Positions 29,244 through 38,044 of a stretch of 64,000 bases of DNA are shown here, piece by piece. The first letter of the stretch is position 1. Every line of letters begins with the position of its first letter. The DNA is taken from IMG/VR virus record IMGVR_UViG_3300020392_000009, positions 27,672-91,671 of that record; one strand, 5' to 3'. The stretch is from a virus. The notes beneath the pieces are model-generated. The model was not told the DNA's origin and ran no database searches. It saw only the letters and a list, made by a program, of their open reading frames with translations. The position numbers and the translations under genes were made by a program.

Positions 29244-29903
29244 TCACTTATGCCACCTAAGCGAGAATTCCGTGTCTGCGTTAATTCCCGACTTTTTTGC
29301 TATTTCTTTAAAAAGAATATTTTGTTCTCTAACAAATAGTGCTTCAATAGAATAATAAGAAGGATATTTTAATGCTATTTCTGAAATTGTCTCAAGTATT
29401 AAAACAGTTTTTCCATTTTTATAAACTTGTAGGCCATTTATGCTAAATATTTCGTTGGTGTCCTTTGTCTTATTAAAGGTTCTTTCAATTCTATAATAAG
29501 TCCCATTTATCTCAATATTTTCATTGTCACTTTTTTCTTCTTTAAGCATTTCTAACGCCTTGCAAGCGACACTTTCCGGAATATTATCGGGTTCGTAAAA
29601 ATGATATATTAAGAATTCTACTATAGGAAAACTATAGTCTCTATTATTTCTTATAACAAAACTTTTGCCGTCGCCATCAGCAATAGGCTCAACCTCTATT
29701 ATCAGTTCACCATATTTACTGTAGTTCTCATGCCAACCCTCTTTCCATGTTTTTTCAACAACGGGCTTGTAATTTTTTAATTTGTTCGCTAATCTTTGTA
29801 GTTCTCTTTTACAATCATCATCTTCGATATCTATATCAATATCTTCTATCTCTTTTACACGGCCTTGCGTGATTACATTTTTAAGAATATCTTTCCATTT
29901 CAT
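29244..29903 (-). CDS. Tandem paralog 6 (WKDILK-RVKEIEDIDID family)
   Basis: MKWKDILKNVITQGRVKEIEDIDIDIEDDDC. Confidence 0.85.
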   Translation of the reverse strand: MKWKDILKNVITQGRVKEIEDIDIDIEDDDCKRELQRLANKLKNYKPVVEKTWKEGWHENYSKYGELIIEVEPIADGDGKSFVIRNNRDYSFPIVEFLIYHFYEPDNIPESVACKALEMLKEEKSDNENIEINGTYYRIERTFNKTKDTNEIFSINGLQVYKNGKTVLILETISEIALKYPSYYSIEALFVREQNILFKEIAKKSGINADTEFSLRWHK

Positions 29904-30499
29904 TAGAAAGCCCCATATCTCTCTAGTGTGTCAATAGCCCAAGTCTGTTCTAAATGCCGAAGTAACTCTTTAATAGTGTTTTTATTTTCTTTTATTCTCT
30001 CATCGGTAAGAACACCCGTCACACTAACTTTTGAGTCTGGACCGCTACCCCTTCTTTCCCAACTTATGAAAACCTCTAACGCAACATCTCCATATTCAGT
30101 ATCTCTTTTTTCTCCTAACCTTTCAAATAAAGTATAAATTTTAACAGCATATATGAATTCTTGAACACCAAAATCGGCAACAATAAAACCATGTTTCCGA
30201 TAGGTTTCCTTAGCCCTATTTTGCCTGTTTATGCTTTCAGTGTTTATGGTGTATTGTTCAGTTAAATCTTTTTTAAGAAGGCAAGCGGTTTCTTCATCTA
30301 AGTCTGGGACAGGTTCATAAAGCCATCCCTCGATTAGTAAGTTGGATGCTGGTTTTTTAATAGAAACACTACTAAGAATCTTAATAAGCCTGTCATACCA
30401 TCTACGACAATCATCTTCATCTATATCAATATCTATATCTTCTATCTCTTTCACTCTCCCTTGAGTAATAGCATTTTTTAAGATATCTTTCCAATCCAT
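29903..30499 (-). CDS. Tandem paralog 5
   Basis: MDWKDILKNAITQGRVKEIEDIDIDIDEDDC. Confidence 0.85.
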   Translation of the reverse strand: MDWKDILKNAITQGRVKEIEDIDIDIDEDDCRRWYDRLIKILSSVSIKKPASNLLIEGWLYEPVPDLDEETACLLKKDLTEQYTINTESINRQNRAKETYRKHGFIVADFGVQEFIYAVKIYTLFERLGEKRDTEYGDVALEVFISWERRGSGPDSKVSVTGVLTDERIKENKNTIKELLRHLEQTWAIDTLERYGAF

Positions 30500-31167
30500 T
30501 AATATCCCCCAAACCGTTTAGATATCACATACAAAAAAGAACCCTCTCCATAATTAACATCTGTTCTAGTAGTATGTTCTGAAATTACATTACTTATTGC
30601 TCTATCTACATACTTAACATAATCATCAAAGAATACTCTATTATCACAATGTTTAGAAAATTGTTTTATCATTTTTGCATATGGCTCATAGAAAGAAATT
30701 AACTTATTATAAACTTCTTTATCTGTATCATTAGGATTAGTAAATTCTTTTATTAAATTATCCGTTGATGCTTCCATACTATCTTCAAAAAGCCCAAAAA
30801 ATACCGCCCATTCTTGATATTTGGGTAGTTTTACCGAAATACTAAAAACATAGTCCCTTCCCTTATTGACATAAAAAATAAATATTGGAAAACGACCATC
30901 TTCCTTCCTAAGTTTAAAACTAATACCATCATAATTTTCTAATTTGTCTTTTAGTTCACAAGCCAGTTCTTCTGAAACTAAATTTATATCTCCGTATGTT
31001 GCAAATTTTCTGTGCAATCTGTGTGTAGGTTTGTATGATTTTATTATTTGGTGTAATCGTATTAGCCACCTTCTGCAATCATCATCTTCTATATCAATAT
31101 CTATATCCTCAATTTCTTTCACTCTACTTTGAGTAATAACATTTTTTAAGATATCTTTCCAAACCAT
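30499..31167 (-). CDS. Tandem paralog 4
   Basis: MVWKDILKNVITQSRVKEIEDIDIDIEDDDC. Confidence 0.85.
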   Translation of the reverse strand: MVWKDILKNVITQSRVKEIEDIDIDIEDDDCRRWLIRLHQIIKSYKPTHRLHRKFATYGDINLVSEELACELKDKLENYDGISFKLRKEDGRFPIFIFYVNKGRDYVFSISVKLPKYQEWAVFFGLFEDSMEASTDNLIKEFTNPNDTDKEVYNKLISFYEPYAKMIKQFSKHCDNRVFFDDYVKYVDRAISNVISEHTTRTDVNYGEGSFLYVISKRFGGY

Positions 31168-31856
31168 TAATATCCCCCGAAACTGCTCTTTATAGCCCTT
31201 TCAAAAACATCATCGTCAAGGTTAATATTATCGTCAAATCTTCCGCCTAATTGCTCAGAACGCATTAACAGCACTTTTTTCACCCTTCTTGCTACATGAC
31301 TTATATAATTATCAAAGAATATTCTATTCTTACAATGTTTAGAAAATTGTTTTATCATTTTTCCATATGGCTTATAGAAAGATACTAAGTCATCAAAAAG
31401 TTGTAGAAATGGTTCATCCGGTTTAATAAATTCCTCTAGCAATATTCGAGGAAAACTACCACCAGCATGTGTTGTTATCGACCATGCCCTATTTTTAGGC
31501 TGTCCTGCCAAAATTATAAGAGTATGGCCTAAAGTTCTAGGGTTATAAAAAAATCCAGCCCCATCTTCTACCTCATCATCAAGACTGGGAGCAAAGCCGA
31601 GATATACCGCAGAACCATCATGGTTTTCTAATTTGCTTTTTATTAGACAAGCCTGTTCTTCTGTAACTCCAGTTATATCTCCATTTGTTACAACCTTACC
31701 ATGCATTTTGTGTGTAGGCTTGTATGATTTTATTATTCGTTCTAATTGTATTAGCCATCTGCTACAATCATCGTCGTCAATATCTATATCAATATCCTCT
31801 ATCTCTTTTACCCTACTTTGAGTAATAACATTCTTGAGAATATCTATCCAATTCAT
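31167..31856 (-). CDS. Tandem paralog 3
   Basis: Probable start 31856: MNWIDILKNVITQSRVKEIEDIDIDIDDDDC. Confidence 0.85.
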   Translation of the reverse strand: MNWIDILKNVITQSRVKEIEDIDIDIDDDDCSRWLIQLERIIKSYKPTHKMHGKVVTNGDITGVTEEQACLIKSKLENHDGSAVYLGFAPSLDDEVEDGAGFFYNPRTLGHTLIILAGQPKNRAWSITTHAGGSFPRILLEEFIKPDEPFLQLFDDLVSFYKPYGKMIKQFSKHCKNRIFFDNYISHVARRVKKVLLMRSEQLGGRFDDNINLDDDVFERAIKSSFGGY

Positions 31857-31857
31857 A

Positions 31858-32538
31858 TTACTCCCCCCCCTTATACTTACCATTAAATTTCTTTCTTGCT
31901 TCTTTCGATGAATCCGGTATTTTTCTAACCCTTTCCATGTAATCCTGCATCAATCTTCTAGTGCCTGTAAAATCCCAAGAACAATGCCTATATAACCTCT
32001 CAAGAAATCTAAATAAATTTTTATCGGAATCAGCAAAATCGTCAAAATCTACCCTTTCAATATGAATTTCAATAAACGATTCGTCTAATTCTTCAAAAGT
32101 ATTTCTTGGCCAAGATTCCATAAATCTAAGACTAAGGCTAAGATAAGGTTTTATAGTCCGTTCATACCTATAAGGGTCGCCTTCTTCTTCAACAACAGAT
32201 AGTCCCATTCTTACTATACTTTCTCCTCTTTTATTGCTTCCCTCAATCCTAGTATGAGAATTGAAAGGAATAGGCAAGTCTCCCTTTTTATTTACTACCA
32301 AAGTTTTTTCTATCGCTTCTTTAAATTCACAGGCTTCTGCTTCTGTTATACCTTTACCAACCTTATTGTCTGTTAAGTTATCCATTCCCGCGTCTTTCTT
32401 AGCAAAGCCTACAATAATATCTTGAAGTTGTTTAAGCCATCTAAGACAATCATCATCTTCTATATCAATGTCTATATCCTCAATTTCTTTTACCCTACTT
32501 TGGGTAACAGTTTCCTTTAAGATATCCTGCCACCTCAT
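31858..32538 (-). CDS. Tandem paralog 2
   Basis: Probable start 32538: MRWQDILKETVTQSRVKEIEDIDIDIEDDDC. Confidence 0.85.
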   Translation of the reverse strand: MRWQDILKETVTQSRVKEIEDIDIDIEDDDCLRWLKQLQDIIVGFAKKDAGMDNLTDNKVGKGITEAEACEFKEAIEKTLVVNKKGDLPIPFNSHTRIEGSNKRGESIVRMGLSVVEEEGDPYRYERTIKPYLSLSLRFMESWPRNTFEELDESFIEIHIERVDFDDFADSDKNLFRFLERLYRHCSWDFTGTRRLMQDYMERVRKIPDSSKEARKKFNGKYKGGE

Positions 32539-32543
32539 ATTAA

Positions 32544-33188
32544 TCACTCATGCCAACTAAATCCAAATTCTCTTGCGTCATAATATCCTGAGTATTTATA
32601 TATTCCCATAGTATCAATTTTATTATCGTTTTCATCATAAATACCAGTAAAGAACTCACCATTTGACCACGATAAAATTATAGAAAAGGGTTTACCTTTC
32701 TCAGCAATAATGAGTTCATTGATATTATATTGATAGTCAAAATTAAAACTTCTCATTATTTCCCAATCTACTCCATCGTGTTCAAAATCATATATTTTAT
32801 ATGTATCACCTACAGCCGATTCATTTCTTTGATGGCTTTTTAAAATTTCCAATGCTTTACAGGCTACGGGTTCGGGAACAGGATTATAGAGGAATTTAGC
32901 ACTTTCAAAAAACTCTGAAAATTGTTTATTTAATTTTTTTTGAGATAATGAAAAATTTTTTTTATTGACCGCAGGATTGTTATCCTCTATTATTTCAAAA
33001 TATTCTGCATTTCTTGGCCAACCTGCCTTCCACCGTTCTTCTAAAAGAAGATTGTAATTTTTCAATTTATTTGCCATTTGCTGTAGTTTTCTATTACAGT
33101 CATCATCCTCAATATCAATATCTATATCTTCGATTTCCTTAACCCTATTTTGGGCTATCGTTTCTTTAAGGATATCTTGCCATGACAA
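32544..33188 (-). CDS. Tandem paralog 1
   Basis: MSWQDILKETIAQNRVKEIEDIDIDIEDDDC. Confidence 0.85.
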   Translation of the reverse strand: MSWQDILKETIAQNRVKEIEDIDIDIEDDDCNRKLQQMANKLKNYNLLLEERWKAGWPRNAEYFEIIEDNNPAVNKKNFSLSQKKLNKQFSEFFESAKFLYNPVPEPVACKALEILKSHQRNESAVGDTYKIYDFEHDGVDWEIMRSFNFDYQYNINELIIAEKGKPFSIILSWSNGEFFTGIYDENDNKIDTMGIYKYSGYYDAREFGFSWHE

Positions 33189-33189
33189 T

Positions 33190-33951
33190 TCAATCCCTCA
33201 AATGATTAGACCAACTCTTACTAACCCAATCAAAATCTTTAGGGAACGGGGAAATAAATTCTCCTAATATTTGAGCAAGGGCATTCATTTCTATCGGGTA
33301 TATCTTGTCGCCTTCGGGCAGACTTCTATCAATAATCATTCTTTCAATGACTCCTAATTTGACCATATCTTGGGTTACATTAAAGGTGTAATTTATCTTA
33401 AATTGCTTATCTTTTACTAGTTCTTTGAGAGTATTTTTGACCTTTTTTTCTGTTTCGTTTATTTTAACTCTATCTATTTCACTATCCATAGAATCTTGTA
33501 AATCTTCTCTTAATTCATCTAAGGCAGAATATAAGACTTTTCTAACTTCAGACATCGCTTCATCAGTAACCAACTTTGCTATGTTTTTTATTACTTCTAT
33601 TTGTTTAGGAGTAAATTTAAATTGTTCTTTTTCGGGGTCGGGTTCTTCTTCCAATACTGCTATTTCTCCTAAATCTGCTATCTCCTGCAAATCTTCTTGA
33701 AACTGCTCATCTTGTAATTTATTTTGAAATACATTAAGAGGCGCTGATAAAGCCTCTAACATAACTTCCTCTATCTTAGGAACAGATAAAAATTCAGTTC
33801 CTTCTAATTCTCTAATGTATTTGCTTACTAAATTTTTAGAGGTTTCTATGTAAATACCCCTACTTTTCGCTTGACTAGCCAAATTCTGCAAAACTTTTAA
33901 CAATCTATTCATAAAAGGATTTCTTTCTTTTAATATATATTTCCAACTCAT
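33190..33951 (-). CDS. Hypothetical protein tagged at both ends
   Basis: Starts MSWKYILKE; ends VSKSWSNHLRD. Confidence 0.7.
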   Translation of the reverse strand: MSWKYILKERNPFMNRLLKVLQNLASQAKSRGIYIETSKNLVSKYIRELEGTEFLSVPKIEEVMLEALSAPLNVFQNKLQDEQFQEDLQEIADLGEIAVLEEEPDPEKEQFKFTPKQIEVIKNIAKLVTDEAMSEVRKVLYSALDELREDLQDSMDSEIDRVKINETEKKVKNTLKELVKDKQFKINYTFNVTQDMVKLGVIERMIIDRSLPEGDKIYPIEMNALAQILGEFISPFPKDFDWVSKSWSNHLRD

Positions 33952-34526
33952 TTTTTATCACCTAAATACTTGTGATGATACTTCTTCTTACCAACCTGCC
34001 TACCCTCTCCTGAAAACGGATTATATGGGCGATTTCTTGCTTTCATTCTAGCCCTTGTTGGCATTGGGTTAGTTTTGATACCTCCCATTCCAAGCCCTCT
34101 CTTTTTTCCTTTTCTTTGTTGATTTGCCTTTGGTTGAGGTTGTCCGTAACTAGGTGAATCTGTTACATTACCAAACTCTTCTTCTAGTTCTTGCATTTCT
34201 ATATCTCTAACTTTTTTAGAATCTCTTGGATTTCTATTTTGTCTTTTGAGCCTAAGTTCTTCTCTTTCACGCTTTTTTCTACCTCTATTTATTAGTCGCA
34301 TTTCTTTTTCGTTAAAAAAACTACCTTTCCCTTTTGCTTTCTTTTGACCTAAGCGTTCTTCTGTTTGTCGTTGTTTAGTTTCTCTATTAATTTGAGTTTG
34401 CTCAAATTTACTAGGTCGCCTAAAACCACCAAAAAGGCTGTCTTTGCCTTTAAAATAAGATTCAGCATCTTTAGTATAGGGATATTTTTCATCCTTACTT
34501 CTCTTCAAGATATTTTTCCAACTCAT
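33948..34526 (-). CDS. Basic, low-complexity tagged protein
   Basis: Starts MSWKNILKR; K/R-rich. Confidence 0.7.
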   Translation of the reverse strand: MSWKNILKRSKDEKYPYTKDAESYFKGKDSLFGGFRRPSKFEQTQINRETKQRQTEERLGQKKAKGKGSFFNEKEMRLINRGRKKREREELRLKRQNRNPRDSKKVRDIEMQELEEEFGNVTDSPSYGQPQPKANQQRKGKKRGLGMGGIKTNPMPTRARMKARNRPYNPFSGEGRQVGKKKYHHKYLGDKK

Positions 34527-34630
34527 TTCTTATCACCTGTAACAAAACACTTCTTTGACTTTGCCTCTTTCTCATCAACTTCTTTTGACTTTGCATCAAA
34601 CCACTTATCGAGATAATTGCACCTTGTCAT
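34523..34630 (-). CDS. 35-aa peptide (not in the ORF track)
   Basis: MTRCNYLDKWFDAKSKEVDEKEAKSKKCFVTGDKK*; fills the gap with an ATGA overlap. Confidence 0.55.
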   Translation of the reverse strand: MTRCNYLDKWFDAKSKEVDEKEAKSKKCFVTGDKK

Positions 34631-34631
34631 A

Positions 34632-35012
34632 TTATTCATCTCTTGTATATTCTAAATCATATTTTAAATCGCCTAAAACAGAAGCAAATATTTTATTTTT
34701 CATCAAATCTTGCATGATATCATACTTCTTCGTTCCATCAAGTATGCTTCTTATTTTTCTTTCTAATATACGCTCTGTTTGCTTCCTATCATAAAACCCT
34801 TTCTTAACCAGTTGTTGTGCAGGGGTAGTCAATATTTGTAATACACTTTCCGGTATTTTATCTACTTCTTCCATGAGGTTTTTTACTATTTCTTTAGTAG
34901 CCATATAACTTTCTTTTCCTCCATCGGGATTTCTCCTACCGCTACCGTCGGATAATCTATAAGGTGTATCTTTGATACTTATTTTTTTCTTTATCTCATC
35001 TTTCCATGTCAT
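34632..35012 (-). CDS. Tagged hypothetical protein
   Basis: Starts MTWKDEIKK. Confidence 0.7.
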   Translation of the reverse strand: MTWKDEIKKKISIKDTPYRLSDGSGRRNPDGGKESYMATKEIVKNLMEEVDKIPESVLQILTTPAQQLVKKGFYDRKQTERILERKIRSILDGTKKYDIMQDLMKNKIFASVLGDLKYDLEYTRDE

Positions 35013-35371
35013 GATACATCACCTGTAAAGCCCCTACCCCTGCTCCTTAGTCTTTTCAAATCCTTTGCGTCAATATCACCGTCATTATCAGTATCTAATT
35101 TCTTTTGGCCACCAACAAGTTTCTTTTTCTTTTTACCCATCTTTTCTTCTTCTTTCATTAATCTTGTAGGTAAATCGTCATACGCTCCTTCTATTACTTG
35201 AACTGCTTCTTCTACATCGTCGAGAGATATATTCAAAGCCCTAGCAATACTTAGATTACTAGGTGGGGAATCGGGATATTTCGCCATCCTTTTATCTACA
35301 TACGCTTTTACTTTCTTAGCATTTAGCAACTTAGTAGTTCTCTTAACTTTCAGTATATCTTGCCATGCCAT
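35009..35371 (-). CDS. Tagged protein with HTH-like and EF-hand-like motifs
   Basis: MAWQDILKV...PSNLSIARALNIS...LDTDNDGDIDAKDL. Confidence 0.65.
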   Translation of the reverse strand: MAWQDILKVKRTTKLLNAKKVKAYVDKRMAKYPDSPPSNLSIARALNISLDDVEEAVQVIEGAYDDLPTRLMKEEEKMGKKKKKLVGGQKKLDTDNDGDIDAKDLKRLRSRGRGFTGDVS

Positions 35372-35372
35372 G

Positions 35373-35513
35373 TTAATCCCCTTTAATTTTATCAAGATAT
35401 TCTTTTATTCTTTTGGCTTGGCTTTCATGCATCTCAACTGCTTTGCCTAGTTCTTCGATTATTTTTTCTAGTTCTGCTACACTACTTTTCTTTATTTCTT
35501 CTTTCCATGTCAT
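35373..35513 (-). CDS. 46-aa tagged coiled-coil peptide (not in the ORF track)
   Basis: MTWKEEIKKSSVAELEKIIEELGKAVEMHESQAKRIKEYLDKIKGD*. Confidence 0.65.
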   Translation of the reverse strand: MTWKEEIKKSSVAELEKIIEELGKAVEMHESQAKRIKEYLDKIKGD

Positions 35514-35518
35514 ATTAA

Positions 35519-35743
35519 TCAATCCCTCTTTCTAAGTCGTTTAATTTCTGTTATATCTGCTTGACATAATTTTATTATTTTTTGAAGTGGTTTTATTAAA
35601 AATTTACTACCTTCTTTTTTTACTTTCTCATCTAAATCAGGTGTTGCCACAAGTTCGTCATATTCATCTAATAATTCTCTTATGGTGTTTTTTCTCCAAC
35701 CTATGTTCTTTTTAATAATATCTTTCCATGCCATATTATTCAC
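35519..35743 (-). CDS. Tagged hypothetical protein
   Basis: MAWKDIIKK near the start. Confidence 0.65.
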   Translation of the reverse strand: MNNMAWKDIIKKNIGWRKNTIRELLDEYDELVATPDLDEKVKKEGSKFLIKPLQKIIKLCQADITEIKRLRKRD

Positions 35744-35747
35744 CTAA

Positions 35748-36047
35748 TCAAACCGGATATATTATTACACATTTATCGTTGTCGTCAAGATTTCTTGGAA
35801 TTTGACCTGTGTTTTGAAGAATACTAATAGCACTAGGATTATTGGGAGCATATTCTATTCTTAAATCGCCATCTGTTTCTTCAATGATAATTCCTTCGGC
35901 AATCCTATCAATTTGTATTGCCTTTGTCATCATATGTTCATCAATATAAACTGTGCTAGATTTATCAAATGTGTTTAATTTTGCTATCAATTCACCTACT
36001 GTCATTCCAACTTTTCTTTGCTTTCTTATCTCTTCTTTCCATGTCAT
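35748..36047 (-). CDS. Tagged hypothetical protein
   Basis: MTWKEEIRKQRKVG followed by an MTVGELIAKL domain start. Confidence 0.7.
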   Translation of the reverse strand: MTWKEEIRKQRKVGMTVGELIAKLNTFDKSSTVYIDEHMMTKAIQIDRIAEGIIIEETDGDLRIEYAPNNPSAISILQNTGQIPRNLDDNDKCVIIYPV

Positions 36048-36057
36048 ATTAATTTCT

Positions 36058-36080
36058 CCTAAAATTTTGTGGCGGATTTT
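36058..36080 (-). promoter_or_regulatory. Repeated upstream motif, copy 1 (TCCGCCACAAA core on the minus strand)
   Basis: cctaaaattttgtggcggatttt; near-identical copy at 36355. Confidence 0.5.
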
Positions 36081-36082
36081 TT

Positions 36083-36340
36083 TTACCTCTTTCTAACTTT
36101 GCCACCATCTAAAATAACCCTCGCATAAAAACGATTAAATTCTTGCAGATGTTTGTTAAATCCTCCTGCATCATCTTTCAATGCCATATCACTCATTTGA
36201 GAAATTATCTTATCTGCTTCTTTTCTTTCCTTCTCACTTAAATCATATGTCTTCATATCATCAACAACTCTTTCAACGGTTGAAAGAAGCCTTGTTGATT
36301 TCTTTCGTTGGTTATCATTTTTTAATATCTTTTTCCACAT
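36083..36340 (-). CDS. Tagged hypothetical protein
   Basis: Starts MWKKILKN. Confidence 0.7.
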   Translation of the reverse strand: MWKKILKNDNQRKKSTRLLSTVERVVDDMKTYDLSEKERKEADKIISQMSDMALKDDAGGFNKHLQEFNRFYARVILDGGKVRKR

Positions 36341-36354
36341 AATTAATCACTTTT

Positions 36355-36377
36355 CCTCAAAATTTGTGGCGGAATTT
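36355..36377 (-). promoter_or_regulatory. Repeated upstream motif, copy 2
   Basis: cctcaaaatttgtggcggaattt, just upstream of 36083..36340. Confidence 0.5.
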
Positions 36378-36469
36378 ATTTGGCACTAGCGAAAAAAATT
36401 TTTGTTTAAACTTTATATTTCCAGAATAAAAGTATATCATTTAAATCAGTTCCTTTGTTTGTTTATTAT

Positions 36470-36730
36470 TTAATTAAATTGGTCTAGTGTTTTAAATTCA
36501 AATTTTGGATTAAGTATTCTATAAGTATTGGCTTTTATCTTTTTAACTTCTAATAGTATTGCGTATGCCTTTTCTACTTCATCTTTAGTATATTTTTCTT
36601 TATTTCTTCTAATTAGGTTCATGTCTTTAATTAGCCCTTCTAAGATAGTATTTGTTTTTTTTATTATTTGAAGTAGTTCCGATTCAGTATTAGTATTGCC
36701 CTGTTTGGATAATGCCATACTAGGTGTCAT
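36470..36730 (-). CDS. Hypothetical protein
   Basis: 86 aa, helical. Confidence 0.5.
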   Translation of the reverse strand: MTPSMALSKQGNTNTESELLQIIKKTNTILEGLIKDMNLIRRNKEKYTKDEVEKAYAILLEVKKIKANTYRILNPKFEFKTLDQFN

Positions 36731-36855
36731 CTAAAGTGAGGCTAAACTAGCATTGTTTATAATAATTCCTTCAAAAAGAGGCTAATTTATTGTCTAAAAT
36801 ACAGACTTTTTGACTTAATCTTTAAATGAAAAATAAAAAAATTTTGGAAACAAAG

Positions 36856-36875
36856 CCATATGGTTGTGCTTTGCA
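36856..36875. promoter_or_regulatory. CCATATGG palindromic site, copy 1
   Basis: CCATATGGTTGTGCTTTGCA; related copies at 38055, 38800 and 39638. Confidence 0.55.
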
Positions 36876-36906
36876 CACCCTAATAAGATTTTTAAAAAAA
36901 GAAAAA

Positions 36907-37064
36907 TGAGAAACTCCGGCTACTCGTTCAAAGCAAGTGAAAACGCTGATTCTTGGTATGTTTGATGAGAGGTCACTAATTAACTAGTATTTAGATAACT
37001 TACAATCTCTTTCCATATCCGTCCGTATTACATTTTGAACTTTGACTTTCGCCTTCGTTTCTCA
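36907..37064 (-). ncRNA. Candidate structured non-coding RNA (about 158 nt, long imperfect hairpin)
   Basis: Nested complementary arms TGAGAAAC/GTTTCTCA, GGC/GCC, GTTCAAA/TTTGAAC, GG(A)TATG/CATACC, AGAG/CTCT, followed by a U-tract on the minus strand; no ORF. Confidence 0.4.
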
Positions 37065-37255
37065 ATAGTGTTATGGCCACTAATAACCATTGGAATAGGT
37101 GACGGTTTAATTTAATAAACAGGTAAACCGCCAAAGACTGTTATGTTCGGTAAGGAGTCAATCCTTTTGCGCTAATAATTTAGGGCAAATGTGAGTATTG
37201 AAATAAGAGTCAGACAAAGACTCAAACCCACAAAGTATGCAAGTGTAAATCACTC

Positions 37256-38044
37256 TCATTCTTCTTCACTCCTAAATTCATTTCTTGCATCCCTTGTTTT
37301 TGTAACTACTTCAATGTCACATTCGCTCCTTGAAGTATTAATACATTCAAAGTTACAATTGATAGTAGGTGTAGGTAATTCTACAATGAAGGTTTCCAGT
37401 GCTTCTTCTACTCTTGCTTGAATAAAACCCATAGCGGAGTTAGGTATTTCAGTTAGCACTTCTTCAATATCAGTAGTTCTCATTACTGATTCAGCCCGAT
37501 AATCTAATGAAAAATCTAAATCAACAGACTTGCTGTAACTATGAAACCAAACTGAAACAGTCATGCATATTCCCTCATTATAATCAAAAAGAATTTCATG
37601 CTTAGAGGGTATAGTATGTTTTAGCCCATTAGCGAGAGGGTCGCCAAATACTAGCCTTCTTTCAGTAGGTAGAATCATCTCTTCGACATCTCCAATAATA
37701 GATTCTACTTTAACAGACATATTTGGATATAGGTCACGCATAACATTTACTACGGCATTTGCTGTATGCCTCCACTCTAGGGGTTTACCTTGAGGAGTAT
37801 TTTCGTCTAGCATTATTTGATATACATACTTCTCACCTTGTTTGGTATGAATACCGTAATACTCGATATCTCTATCCTCATTACAAGTAGTAAAGATTTG
37901 ACTATCTTTTAGGTAGTTAAAGAATAATGCTTTTTGATTATCTGTAAAGGATTCTCCAATACCATAGGTCAGGTTAAATGTTCGTCTATATGTTACCGAC
38001 ATGGTAGTATATCTAGCCGTTTGTTTAAGGTAATCGTATTCCAA
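37256..38044 (-). CDS. Hypothetical protein
   Basis: 262-aa ORF. Confidence 0.65.
   Translation of the reverse strand: MEYDYLKQTARYTTMSVTYRRTFNLTYGIGESFTDNQKALFFNYLKDSQIFTTCNEDRDIEYYGIHTKQGEKYVYQIMLDENTPQGKPLEWRHTANAVVNVMRDLYPNMSVKVESIIGDVEEMILPTERRLVFGDPLANGLKHTIPSKHEILFDYNEGICMTVSVWFHSYSKSVDLDFSLDYRAESVMRTTDIEEVLTEIPNSAMGFIQARVEEALETFIVELPTPTINCNFECINTSRSECDIEVVTKTRDARNEFRSEEE

Noticed and set aside
29244-33188. Regularly spaced ~95-nt repeats as a CRISPR array or DGR
   Set aside because: The repeats are in-frame coding leaders about 600-700 nt apart with synonymous variation. No cas genes, reverse transcriptase or A-specific TR/VR pair is visible.
169-34794. Many plus-strand ORFs in the left arm (for example 7658..8047, 11831..12301, 28034..28537)
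   Set aside because: They are antisense shadows of long minus-strand genes, with S/F/L-rich composition and no motifs.
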